A stretch of DNA of 64,000 nt, from assembly GCA_951406725.2 (NCBI GenBank), contig OX597831.1:51708001-51772000 (forward strand), read 5' to 3'. Below the pieces are notes generated by a model. It saw only the letters and a program-made list of their open reading frames with translations, was not told the DNA's origin and did not search any database. Origin of the DNA: Octopus vulgaris (lineage: Eukaryota). This document shows positions 1-12,144 of the stretch, piece after piece (the first letter of the stretch is position 1; every line of letters starts with the position of its first letter). Position numbers and translations under genes: made by a program.

Positions 1-713
1 GAACGAAAAATAAAGTTGAAAAAAAAAAATACATGTCGCCTGATCTACATAAGATAAAACTTCGGATGGGGGAAAATGCCGCATCTATGCCTCGATAGTA
101 GCATTATCGCTCTAGTGTGACGGGACAAGAAAAACGTCCGCATGTTGTCCACAGTGCTTTCCGCAAGCATGAAGGACACTAGGATACTAGATGCGGATGG
201 TAAACCGATAATGAAACCAAGTGTGTTTTGTACAATGAAAGGGTGGGTGGCGTGAATCGTTCAGATCAGTTGGCGGCGACACACAAATCGGCCAGAAAAT
301 TTGTGAAATGGTATAAAATAAATTTCCTTGTATATTGTTGACATGTGTATCATCAATTCTCATTTGATTTGGCAGATGCTTCGAGGTGACAGGGATGGAT
401 CGAAAGTTCGAGATTTATTATTCCGCAGAATTATAAAAGTGTCAGATCTACCAAGGTACCGAACACGAATACGTTTCCACGCCGGACACTCTTCTCGCCG
501 CATAGTGAAGGGATATGGGTATTTCTAAAGATTGTTTATCCCCCAACGCAGTGAAGGCAAATACGACAAATAAATGTACTGAGCAAAAAGCTGAAGGGAA
601 ACGAAAGGAGACCAGATACGTTTGTTCTGATTGTAATACGCCGCTGTAACATGGCACCATGTTTTGAGACGTATCACACTAAAGTTAATTTTGAATTAAC
701 TTGTGTAATGTGA
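1..713 (+). pseudogene. piggyBac transposase C-terminal remnant (frameshifts, stops)
   Basis: Manual translation across frames gives RDKKNVRMLST...KPIMKPSV, YNERVGGVNRSDQLAATHKSARKFVKWYK and LYIVDMCIINSHLIW, followed by a Cys-rich tail RKETRYVCSDCNTPL..PCFETYHT. These are typical piggyBac motifs. Confidence 0.85.
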
Positions 714-835
714 TTGTATAAAGCATGCAAGGGCGATGTGCGGCCCTCGACATGTTGTTGTGCGGCGAGTTTCTCGATTACTAATTTCATACTAAAATAA
801 ATAAAATTTCATACTAAGACAAATAAAATTTCATA

Positions 836-1248
836 GGCGCAGGAGTGGCTGTGTGGTAAGTAGCTTGCTTACCAACCACATGGTTCCGGGTCAGTCCCAC
901 TGCGTGGCACCTTGGGCAGGTGTCTTCTACTATAGCCTCGGGCCGACCAATGCCTTGTGAGTGGATTTGGTAGACGGAAACTGAAAGAAGCCCGTCGTAT
1001 ATATGTATATATATATATGTGCGTGTGTGTTTGTGTGTCTGTGTTTGTCCCCCTAGCATTGCTTGACAACCGATGCTGGTGTGTTTATGTCCCCGTTACT
1101 TAGCGGTTCGGCAAAAGAGACCGATAGAATAAGTACTGGGCTTACAAAGAATAAGTCCCGGGGTCGAGTTGCTCGATTAAAGGTGGTGCTCCAGCATGGC
1201 CGTAGTCAAATGACTGAAACAAGTAAAAGAGTAAAAGAGAGTAAGAGT
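836..1248 (+). mobile_element. tRNA-derived SINE family A, full length
   Basis: Head GGCGCAGGAGTGGCTGTGTGGTAAG with A/B-box-like motifs, a CORE-like CCTTGGGCAAGTG segment, internal (TA)/(TG) tract and (AAAAGAGT)n tail. Many copies occur in the window. Confidence 0.9.
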
Positions 1249-1817
1249 ATACCGAGACAAATAAACTTTTATACTAAGACAAATAAGATTAAGAAGAACT
1301 GCAAAAAATTCAGTGTTTAAAGGGTTAAGTCATATTTCATGCATATGCATTCTATCATGCGGCCCTCTCCCACTTGGAAATGGTACGATGCGGCCCCATT
1401 TGAGGAAAAGTTGCCCATCCCTGGGCTTGTCTGACTTGTGCTAAATGCATGGAATTTGTCTGACTTATGCTATCGAGTAGAAATACCGCATCGGCGTCTT
1501 GCACAGTGATACAGTTTAGGTAAATAAACAGTGCCTGCTTTGAAGCGGTTGACACAAATATATGCTGAATGTTATCTCGCACTAAATTTTGACCTCAATC
1601 GGCGCGATTGCCGTGGCCGCGCGCAAGCTACCCAATGCATCACAACCGTGAAGTGGTTAAAAGGCACGCAATGTCAATAAGTTGCGTTAAAACTACACAT
1701 TGGCAGTGCGGGGCCTGGTTAAGAGTCACATTCTATTGGTGGAATATATTTAAAAATAAAACATAAATCTGGTAATTTTAAAGTAAAAATACAGCAAGAA
1801 CAAATAAAATTAATTCT

Positions 1818-1915
1818 TAGTAGTAGTAGTAGTAGTAGTAATAGTAGTAGTAGTTGTAGTAGTAGCTGTAGTAGTAGTAGTTGTAGTAGTAGTAGCAGCA
1901 GCAGCAGCAGCAGTT

Positions 1916-1975
<60 letters not shown>

Positions 1976-2012
1976 ATGGTAGTAGTAGTAGTGATGGTAG
2001 TGGCAGTAGCAG
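1818..2012. repeat. (TAG)n/(CAG)n trinucleotide microsatellite
   Basis: Seen directly; explains the poly-Leu ORF 1719..2087. Confidence 0.95.
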
Positions 2013-2349
2013 TTGAGTGGAATTTGATTGAGATTTAGCTTCTATTTCCAGCAGGTCGAAATGACTGCTTACAACAGTGGTGCTCAACCTCTTTTGTTTT
2101 GTGGTGCCCCCTTTTAACTAGTTGTTATGTCTCGCACCCACCTAGGGTGGCGAGTGAAGCATCACGATTAAACTAACTTAACATGGATGAAAATTTATAA
2201 AATGGCGATCACGATGATATACGAAGGAAACAATAAAGACTGCGCGCTCATGTTGAGAGGTTTTGGCTTACAGGACCATTCATTCTCGGCTTCCAATGTA
2301 GGCTATGATTTTTTTAATTTTGAGAGAGAGAAGGATAGAGAGGAAAGAT

Positions 2350-2680
2350 AGTGTCTTCTGCTTTAGCCTCGGGCCGACCAAAACCTTGTGAGTGGATTTG
2401 GTAGACGGAAACTGAAAGAAGCCTGTCGTATATATGTATATATATATATGCGTGTGTGTGTTTGTGTGTCTGTGTTTGTCCCCATAGCATTGCTTGACAA
2501 CCGATGCTGGTGTGTTTACGTCCCCGTCACTTAGCGGTTCGGCAAAAGAGACCGATAGAATAAGTACTGGGCTTACAAAAGAATAAGTCCCGGGGTCGAT
2601 TTGCTCGACTAAAGGCGGTGCTCCAGCATGGCCACAGTCAAATGACTGAAACAAGTAAAAGAGTAAAAGAGTAAAAGAGT
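2350..2680 (+). mobile_element. SINE A, 5'-truncated
   Basis: Near-identical to the 3' part of the copy at 836-1248. Confidence 0.9.
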
Positions 2681-2707
2681 AAATGTTTGCATGTGTGAGA
2701 AAGGAAG

Positions 2708-2774
<67 letters not shown>

Positions 2775-3632
2775 TGGAGAAAAAGAGATGGGATGATGCA
2801 CAAACTCTGCAAATTAAGACTCGCTAAAAAAAAAAATTAGCGTTAAAAGAATGAATATCGTTTATCTGAAGGTATTTATGACTTCAGCAAAGAATAGTTT
2901 TTGAATTTCGTATTTGGCTCTCACTAATGAGACAGCAGAATGGAGTATTAATAGTAATTCAATGCGTTCTATGAAGAAAAGAAAAAAAAAAAAAAAATCA
3001 ACATCACCATGAAGTTCTTTGATTTCATATTAAAGTGGTCGGAGGCAATTTATGAATCAAATGAAATATAAGAATATGAAAAAAAAAATAATGATCTATT
3101 CTACTGGAATTTATCAAATAGATACGCAATTAGGTGTGATTAGTTGATTTAGTCGTCCTTTAAAAGGAAGTTATTTTGTTAAATCTGCAAACTATTTCCT
3201 CAAGAATTTTAAAGATTTTTCCAAATTAGCTCATTAACTAGATTCAATGATTTGTGAAATACTGATGCAAGAATTCTATTTCTTTTTTGTTTCACATGAA
3301 AACATAATGAAAAAACGAAAATCAATTTACGCGTAATAAATCGCTTTGGCATGGCGAGATGAATTCAAAAGCAGAATTTAGAAGATGGCTTCGTAGACAA
3401 GTTCGTGATATTTTCTAATATGCTCTCAAAAGAAGAAAATATCATACGTGATATGGTGTGTCTTTGTTATTTGGCTGATTAACAATCTAGCATTACACAC
3501 GATTACCATTGGCCTCACAGATATATGGTGTGTCTTTTCTCTGCTTCTTCTATTACTACTCCAACTGTCTCTTCCCTTCTGAACTAACAAACCCATCATA
3601 CATACATACATACATACATACATACACACACG

Positions 3633-3676
<44 letters not shown>

Positions 3677-3727
3677 TATATATATGTATATATGTATGCA
3701 TGTGTGTGTGTATATATATATATATGT

Positions 3728-4109
3728 GGAGGCGCAATGGCCCAGTGGTTAGGGCAGCGGACTCGCGGTCATAGGATCGCGGTTTCGATTCCCAGACCGG
3801 GCGTTGTGAGTGTTTATTGAGCGAAAACACCTAAAAGCTCCACGAGGCTCCGGCAGGGGATGGTGGTGATCCCTGCTGTACTCTTTCACCACAACTTTCT
3901 CTCACTCTTACTTCCTGTTTCTGTTGTACCTGTATTTCAAGGGGCCGGCCTTGTCACTCTCTGTGTCACGCTGAATATCCCCGAGAACTACGTTAAGGGT
4001 GCACGTGTCTGTGGAGTGCTCAGCCACTTACACGTTAATTTCACGAGCAGGCTGTTCCGTTGATTCGGATCAACCGAAACCCTCATCGTCGTAACCGACG
4101 GAGTGCTTC

Positions 4110-4110
<1 letters not shown>
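3728..4110 (+). mobile_element. tRNA-derived SINE family C
   Basis: tRNA-like head (TGGCCCAGTGG A box, GGTTTCGATTCC B box) plus a ~300-bp body, lying between (TA)n tracts. Degenerate relatives lie at ~28190-28500 and ~57120-57410. Confidence 0.8.
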
Positions 4111-4154
<44 letters not shown>

Positions 4155-5099
4155 GACACACATAATTAAGGATAAAATCAATTAATGATCTTATCAGTAG
4201 CCAGCATGTAATAAATACCATATAGGTAAAAATTAATATAGATCTATAATTATATAGATGTAATTATAGTTAAGGGTATTGTGGTTTTTAGAGTAACTTG
4301 ACGTCTATCTCTAGCATCTAGGTGCTGTTTCTCAGTTCTCTTAACTATAATTATATGTATGTGTGTGTGTGTGTGGTTGTGTGTGTGTGCGTGTGGTTGT
4401 GTGTGTGTGTGCGTGTGGTTGTGTGTGTGTGTGTGTTGTTGTTGTTTATTCTTTCTCAAGCAATACCTGGCTCATAAGGGGCCGGTTTTCCGGTTTCATT
4501 GGCGTAAAGGTTCTCCACCTGGACGGGACGTTTGTCCGTCACAATATATATATATATATATATATATATTCGTGTAACGCGATATTTAGAACGTTTCAAG
4601 CTGGAAAATCTTTCATTGCGATAGATGTCTCAAGGAAAAATAGAAAAAACTCTCCTTTTAGACGACACGGTGTACGCACACATTGGGCTGTGAACGAATC
4701 GTTCGCTTTGGGTTGTGAAATGTAGATTTGCTATTCATTGCTGGTGAAACATAACAACGCAGAAACGTATGCATTCTACAATCCAATGACGTCATTGAAA
4801 GTTCAATGTGTTTTTACACAATTCGTGTAGGAGAAGAATTTTATCTCGAGAATATTTCTTTAACGAAAGGCCTTCGCACGTCCGAGTGTATTCGAACGTA
4901 TTAAATATGATTTTTACCTGAACATATTTTATTCGACAAGGAAGAGGAAGAGGTGAGAATCTTGTAAGTATGCTGGATACGTCAGAGTAACTGGTCGAGT
5001 ACTGGGATGGTATGCTCAATCTAGTCTTCTCAGGAGCGGCTCTTGTCTATCTTCTATTTTATCAAGCTCCACTGTCACAAAAACTGAGTCCCAATCAGA

Positions 5100-5482
5100 T
5101 ACTCATTTTGACTGCGGCCATGCTGGAGCACCGCCTTTAATCGAGCAACTCGACCCCGGGACTTATTCTTTGTCAGCCCAGTACTTAGTCTATCGGTCTC
5201 TTTTGCCGAACCGCTAAGTGACGGGGACGTAAACACACCAGCATCGGTTGTCAAGCAATGCTAGGGGGACAAACACAGACACACAAACACACACACGCAT
5301 ATATATATATACATATATACGACGGGCTTCTTTCAGTTTCCGTCTACCAAATCCACTCACAAGGCTTTGGTCGGCCCGAGGCTATAGTAGAAGACACTTG
5401 CCCAAGGTGCCACGCAGTGGGACTGAACCCGGAACCATGTGGTTGGTAAGCAAGCTACTTACCACACAGCCACTCCTGCACC
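5100..5482 (-). mobile_element. SINE A
   Basis: Reverse complement of the family A sequence. Confidence 0.9.
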
Positions 5483-6084
5483 TACTTGTTTTTGACACTG
5501 GAAGGGAAAAAGCCTAGATGCCACATATGTGATGCCAACTTCTTAAGTGCTTTCTGTCCATAACATAAGGCGAAAGAAGGAACCCCACACTAAATGCTGC
5601 AAGCGTCACATACTGCACCGGTAAAAATCAGCATAACAACAAGCTGCTACAAAGGCTGCAGAACTAAGAGCAGCAGCGCCAAAAAGAGCAACAGGAACCG
5701 CTCTCCACCAAAAATAAATAAAAAATCAGCGACAGAGACTGACTTCACAATCGAGAGGGAGTTTCATCACCACCTTCACTAACAAAAGAAACCCTCCCTA
5801 TTCCAAGAGTTCACCAAAACACAAACGTACACAAAAATCGCAGGAACTCAAGTATATATATCTGAAGCCTTTCCTTGATTCTGTTAAATAAAAAGAATTA
5901 AGTTTCTTGCAATCGACGTAACATGTCCATTTGATCCATTTGATACTAAATTCAAGAGAAAGGAAATGTCTTGTAATTAGCGTGTCATACATATTTGGTA
6001 CCGGAATCAAGAAAAAAGAAAGAAATTAATATGTAAAGAATAAGTGGAATATCTTGAAGTGTGACATTCTGTAATGCTAGAACA

Positions 6085-6455
6085 AAGAATTTTATTATAT
6101 ATTTGGCAGCGCTCTTAGAGTGTCTGAAAAATGCCTTGCGGTATTTTTTTCCGGCTGTTTACGTTCTGAATTCAAATACCACCGATGCCCACTTTGTCTT
6201 TCATCTCTCTGGGTTCGTTAAAATAAAGTACCAGTCTAGTGTCTTGTACTTGGTCTGATAGTATCGATTAACTACCTACCTTCAAAAACTCCTGGCATTG
6301 AGCCAAAATTTGAAGCCATTATATAGGCACCGACCCGGTAGAATCGTTAAAAGCGTCGGGAAAAAAATGCTTAGCGGCATTTCTGTCGACATTTTAGATT
6401 TTGAGTTCAAATTCCGTCGAGGTCAGCTCTACCTTTCATTCTTTCGGGATCGACG
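6085..6455 (+). mobile_element. Two degenerate SINE B copies
   Basis: Recognisable ttctgaattcaaat...tttcatc..cggg..aagtaccag blocks. Confidence 0.6.
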
Positions 6456-6600
6456 GCAGCAAAATACATACATACATTCATACATACATACATACATACA
6501 TACTTACATACATACATGCATACATACATACATACATACATACATACATACAAACATACATACATATATACATACATACATACATACATACATACATACA

Positions 6601-6631
<31 letters not shown>

Positions 6632-6885
6632 GTGTGTGTATGTGTGTGTATATGTATGTATATCAGTACGTACGTATGCATGTATGTATGTGCCTCTGTC
6701 TATGTCAAGGTATTCCTGTGTCTGTGTTTGTCCCCCCCCACCACTTGACAACCAATGCTGGTTTATTTATGTCCCCGTAATTTTGTGGTTCGGCAAAAGA
6801 GACAATAAAATAAGCACCAGACTTAAAAAACTTCGGCCTACCCCCAACAAAACATAAGTACTGGGGTCAATTTGTTCGACTAGAC

Positions 6886-7700
6886 CAGTGGTTCTCAACC
6901 ATTTTTTTGCCTACGGTCCCCTTTGATTCTTATTTTATTCAGATGTGCTCTCCTAGCCATTCGATGTTTAAAAAAAGCCCTATTGTAATTTTATAATTAA
7001 ATATTGGTTTCAAATTTCGATGCAAGGCCAGCAATTTCGTGGGAGGGGTAAGTCGATGTAATCGACCCCAGTGATCAACTGGTACTTATTTTATCGATAG
7101 CGAAAAGATGAAAGGCAAAGTCAACCACGGCGGAATTTGAACTGAGAACGTAAAGGCACACGAAATGCCGCTCAGCATTTTGCCTGGCGTGATACCGATT
7201 CTGCCGGTTCACCGCCTTATAATTAATCATTCTTTTATCTTTTACTTGCTTCAGTCATCAGACTGCGGCCATACTGGGCACTACCTTGAAGAATTTTAGC
7301 CGACCAAATGGACTCCTAGTATTTATTATTATTATTTTGTGAAACCTGGCACTCATTCTATCAGTCTCTTTCGCCGAACCGCTAAGTTGTGGGCACACCC
7401 ATACCCACATATACAACGGGCTCCTTTCAGTTTCCGTCTACCAAATCCATTCAGAAGGCTTTGGTCAACCCGATGCTATACAGAAGACACCTGCTCAAGG
7501 TGCTGCGCACTAGGACTGAATCCGGTATCATGTGGTTGGGAAGGAAACTGCTTACCACATAGCCACGCCTGCGCCTATAATAAGGAAATGTATTAAATAA
7601 AAATTGTTAAAATGTTTTGTGCATTGTAGAAGTTTCACCGCTTCATTACACACAAACTTTAATGACAAAATCTTATATGGACCTCGGTTGAGAAGCTCCG
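6886..7700. mobile_element. hAT (Charlie-like) MITE with nested SINE B (7010-7217, -) and SINE A (7235-7577, -)
   Basis: Termini CAGTGGTTCTCAACC ... GGTTGAGAAGCTCCG. It interrupts the 3' part of an older SINE A-like copy (6718-6885, resuming near 7705). Confidence 0.65.
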
Positions 7701-7787
7701 GGCCAAATCCTTCAAGGCGGTGCACCAGTATGGACACGTCCGTTACATCAACTTCCCTATCCTTGGAATGTATGATGTATGTATATA

Positions 7788-7953
7788 GGTGTAGGAGTGG
7801 CTGTGTGGTAAGTAGCTTGCTTACAAAACCACATGGTTCCGGGTTCTGTCCCATTGCGTGGCACCTTGGGCAAGTGTCTTCTACTATAGCCTCGGGCCGA
7901 CCAAAGCATTGTGAGTGGATTTGGTAGACGGAAACTGAAAGAAGCCCGTCGTA

Positions 7954-8015
<62 letters not shown>

Positions 8016-8311
8016 ATCCAAACAAGAAAACACAAAAAAACACAACAACGCGAGGACGTGGAACAAATATAGTATTATTGGACGCTCAGGAAAGAAGGAA
8101 ATATATATACATATATATATATATGTATGTATGTGTGTGTGTGTGTATACCGATGCTGGTGTGTTTACGTCCCCGTTACCTAGCGGATCGGCAAAAGTGA
8201 CCGAAAGAATAAGTCCTAGGCTTACAAAGAATAAGTCCTGGGGTCGATTTGCTCGACTAAAGGCGGTGCTCCAGCATGGCTACAGTCAAATGACTGAAAC
8301 AAGTAAAAGAG
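7788..8311 (+). mobile_element. SINE A interrupted in its internal (TA)n by a family-E fragment (8010-8100)
   Basis: SINE 5' half 7788-7955, 3' half 8149-8311. The insert matches the element at 13663-13760. Confidence 0.8.
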
Positions 8312-8693
8312 TATATATATATGTATATATGTATATATATATTTATCCATGCTGGAGCACTGCCTTTATATATATATATATATATAAACACTGGCAGAAA
8401 CATATTTTTTACTCATATAAATGATTACGATAATCATTGTGGTTTGAACAATTAGCTTAACGTGCACTTCACTTCAATAGCGAAATTCTTTCCCAAGCCT
8501 TTGCACATTCTTTTAATCAACGTACCCTTCCCTCTCTACTTGTTCCCTACCTATTATTCCTTTAACCCTTCTCTTCCTACGATCTAACTTTGACGTCAAT
8601 TCTACTAACGGTTTTTTTTAAAACACCTATAGTTTTGTTTACCATGTAGGCAGTCATCGCAATTTTTGTTTGTTTTCTTGTTGAGAGAGGCTC

Positions 8694-8786
8694 CCTTTCT
8701 TTCCTGATGAGAAGATTGCATCTTGCACCGTTTATTCCTTTGGAATGAAACTATGTTGTCTTCGAAACATATGTCGAGAGTAAAGG
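8694..8786 (+). ncRNA. Type I hammerhead ribozyme motif, canonical core
   Basis: Core CTGATGA at 8704-8710. Stem II GAAGA/TCTTC (8711-15/8759-63). GAAAC-ATAT-GTC at 8764-8775 with palindromic ACATATGT. Stem I 8694-8703 pairs with 8776-8786 (10 bp, one G-U, one bulge). Confidence 0.85.
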
Positions 8787-8823
8787 AATTTTGTTAACAT
8801 CTTCGTTCAACTCCATTTATTTA

Positions 8824-8887
<64 letters not shown>

Positions 8888-8904
8888 CATGTGTGTGTGT
8901 GTAT

Positions 8905-9118
8905 ACGTTTGTGTGTCTGTGTTTGTCCCCCCAACATCGCTTGACAACCGATGCTGGTGTGTTTACGTCCCCGTAACGAAGCGGTTCGGCAAAACAACCG
9001 ATAGAATAAGTACTCGGCTTACAAAGCATAGGTCCTGGGGTCGATTTGCTCGACTAAAGGCGGTGCTCCAGCATGGCCACAGTCAAATGACTGAAACAAG
9101 TGAAAGAGTAGAAGAGTG
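8905..9118 (+). mobile_element. SINE A 3' half
   Basis: Matches the family A 3' body and tail. Confidence 0.85.
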
Positions 9119-9295
9119 TGTATGATCCAATATGAAACACTGCACCTACGTTACGTTAAATCATTATTGGCAATTAACGTTTTATTTTTACTCTGACATG
9201 TAATGTTTCCTGTGTGTCGAGACGTAAAGGATATGGTTTCAAGAGGCAGTCGAGACGTGAATGGGTAGGAGGTGACGGTATGGACAATAGTAAGG

Positions 9296-10482
9296 GTGAA
9301 AGGAAGAGGTAAGAAAGGAGAGAGAGGCGGAGAGAGAGATTGTGTGTGTGTGTGTATGTATGTATGGGAAAGTACCCGTTTGGCTCAATGTATGTGTGTG
9401 TGTGAGTGAAAGGAAGAGGTGAGAGAGGAGAGACAGGCGGAGAGAGAGATTGTGTGTGTGTGTATGTATGTATGGGAAAGTACCCGTTTGGCTCAATGTA
9501 TGTGTGTGTGTGAGTGAAAGGAAGAGGTGAGAGAGGAGAGAGAGGCGGAGAGAGAGATTGTGTGTGTGTATATGTATGTATGGGAAAGTACCCGTTTGGC
9601 TCAATGTATGTGTGTGTGTGAGTGAAAGGAAGAGGTGAGAGAGGAGAGACAGGCGGAGAGAGAGATTGTGTGTGTGTGTGTATGTATGTATGGGAAAGTA
9701 CCCGTTTGGCTCAATGTGTGTGTGAGTGAAAGGAAGAGGTGAGAGAGGAGAGACAAGCGGAGAGAGAGATTGTGTGTGTGTGTATGTATGTATGGGAAAG
9801 TACCCGTTTGGCTCAATGTATGTGTGTGTGTGAGTGAAAGGAAGAGGTGAGAGAGGAGAGAGAGGCGGAGAGAGAGATTGTGTGTGTGTGTATGTATGTA
9901 TGGGAAAGTACCCGTTTGGCTCAATGTATGTGTGTGTGTGAGTGAAAGGAAGAGGTGAGAGAGGAGAGACAGGCGGAGAGAGAGATTGTGTGTGTGTATG
10001 TATGTATGGGAAAGTACCCGTTTGGCTCAATGTATGTGTGTGTGTGTGAGTGAAAGGAAGAGGTGAGAGAGGAGAGACAGGCGGAGAGAGAGATTGTGTG
10101 TGTGTGTATGTATGTATGGGAAAGTACCCGTTTGGCTCAATGTGTGTGTGTGTGTGTGTGTGAGTGAAAGGAAGAGGTGAGAGAGGAGAGAGAGGCGGAG
10201 AGAGAGAGAGAGTTTGTGTGTGTGTATGTATGTATGGGAAAGTACCCGTTTGGCTCAATGTATGTGTGTGTGTGAGTGAAAGGAAGAGGTAAGAGAGGAG
10301 AGACAGGCGGAGAGAGAGATTGTGTGTGTGTGTGTATGTATGTATGGGAAAGTACCCGTTTGGCTCAATGTGTGTGTGAGTGAAAGGAAGAGGTGAGAGA
10401 GGAGAGACAAGCGGAGAGAGAGATTGTGTGTGTGTATGTATGTATGGGAAAGTACCCGTTTGGCTCAATGTGTGTGTGTGTG
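9296..10482. repeat. ~108-bp composite minisatellite, 11 copies
   Basis: Unit gtgaaaggaagagg..ggcgg(ag)n att(gt)n(atgt)n gggaaagtacccgtttggctcaat(gt)n. Unit starts near 9296, 9406, 9513, 9622, 9726, 9833, 9942, 10050, 10164, 10275, 10380. Confidence 0.95.
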
Positions 10483-10924
10483 TATCTGTGTGAGTCTCCA
10501 TTTTGGGCTGAATGTGTATGCACATATGCATGTGTATCTACATGTTTGGCCGAATATGTGTGTGTGTGTATGTGTGTATGTGTGTGTGTATATGTGTGTG
10601 TATGTGTGTGTGTGTATGTATGTGTGTCTATGCGAATCACTATATTTGGCTGAATGTGTGTGTGTGTATGTGCATGTGAATGTGTGTATATATGTTTGAC
10701 TGAATATGTGTGTATATGCGTATGTGACTGTGTGAATGTGTGTGTGTATGTGTGTGTGGGTGTGTTAGACTGAAAAGGTGAGTCTAGACGTGTATCTGTA
10801 TATCACTCTGATTATGTGTGAGCGCGATTACGTGTAAAATTCGGGAGTGTTTGATGTATGTATGATTCAATTTGTCAGTGTATAGGATGAATTACTGAGT
10901 ATATGTGAATGTGTGTAGATCTTT

Positions 10925-11240
10925 GTGTATGTGTATGTATGTATGTATGTATGTATGTATGTATGTATGTATGTATGTATGTATGTATGTATGTATGTAT
11001 GTATGTATGCATGTATGTAAGTATGTATGTATGTATGTATGTATGTAAGTAGGTATGTATGTATGTATGTATGTATGTACGTACGTACGTATGTATGTAT
11101 GTATGTATGTATGTATGTATGTATGTATGTGTGTATGTATGTAAGTATGTATGTAAGTATGTATGTATGTAAGTAAGTATGTATGTATGTATGTGTGTAT
11201 GTATGTATGTATGTATGTATGTATGTATGTATGTATGTAT
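10925..11240. repeat. (TATG)n microsatellite
   Basis: Seen directly. Confidence 0.95.
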
Positions 11241-11274
11241 ATGTGAGTATGTGTGTGGTGTGTGTGAGTGTGTG

Positions 11275-12112
11275 TGTGGTGTGAATGAACCAGCTATGTG
11301 TGTGTACGTGTGTGTGCGTGTATGTATATGTGTGCATGTGTGTGTGTACGCGTGTGGTGTGAGTGAACTAGCTAATGTGTGTGTACGTGTGCGTGTGTAT
11401 GCGTGTGTGTGGTATGAATGAACTGGCTAACGTGTGTGTGCGTATGCGTGCGTGGTGTGAATGAACCAGCTGTGTATGTGTGTGTGTGTGGTGTGAATGA
11501 ACCAGCTGTGTGTGTGTGTGTGTGTGGTGTGAATGAACAAGCTGTGTGTGTGTATGGTGTGAATGAACCAGCTGTGTATGTGTGTGTGTGTATGTGTATG
11601 TGGTATGAATGAACCAGCTATGTGTGTGTGTGGTGTGAATGAACAAGCTGTGTGTGTGTGTGGTGTGAATGAACCAGCTGTGTATGTGTGTGTGGTGTGA
11701 ATGAACAAGCTGTGTGTGTGTGGTGTGAAGGAACCAGGTGTGTATGTGTGTGTGTGTGTGTGTGGTGTGAATGAACAAGCTGTGTGTGTGTGTGTGGTGT
11801 GAAGGAACCAGCTGTGTATGTGTGTGTGTGTGTGTGTGTGTGGTGTGAATGAACAAGCTGTGTGTGTGTGTGTGGTGTGAAGGAACCAGCTGTGTATGTG
11901 TGTGTGTGTGTGTGTGGTGTGAATGAACAAGCTGTGTGTGTGTGTGTGATGTGAAGGAACCAGCTGTGTATGTGTGTGTGTGTGTGTGGTGTGAATGAAC
12001 AAGCTGTGTGTGTGTGTGGTGTGAAGGAACCAGCTGTGTATGTGTGTGTGTGTGTGTGTGTGTGGTGTGAATGAACAAGCTGTGTGTGTGTGTGTGATGT
12101 GAAGGAACCAGC

Positions 12113-12144
<32 letters not shown>

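Larger units (their letters stand above)
1..1328 (+). mobile_element. piggyBac element right end (AGGG terminus + TTAA)
   Basis: The transposase remnant is followed by ~21-bp subterminal repeats (atactaagacaaataaaatttc, 790-835 and 1249-1290) and ends in aaagggTTAA at 1319-1328. Confidence 0.7.

Noticed and set aside
814-1320. Recurring ORFs such as MLGGQTQTHKH... and MTTDAGVF...
   Set aside because: They are translations of SINE A copies, not a gene family.
3728-3800. tRNA-like sequences at SINE heads (also 836-900 and 17065-17138)
   Set aside because: No complete cloverleaf or terminator; each continues into a multicopy SINE body.
4792-5090. Possible minus-strand exon ending at CAG|GTAAAA near 4918
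   Set aside because: No recognisable protein, no convincing acceptor and no partner exons.
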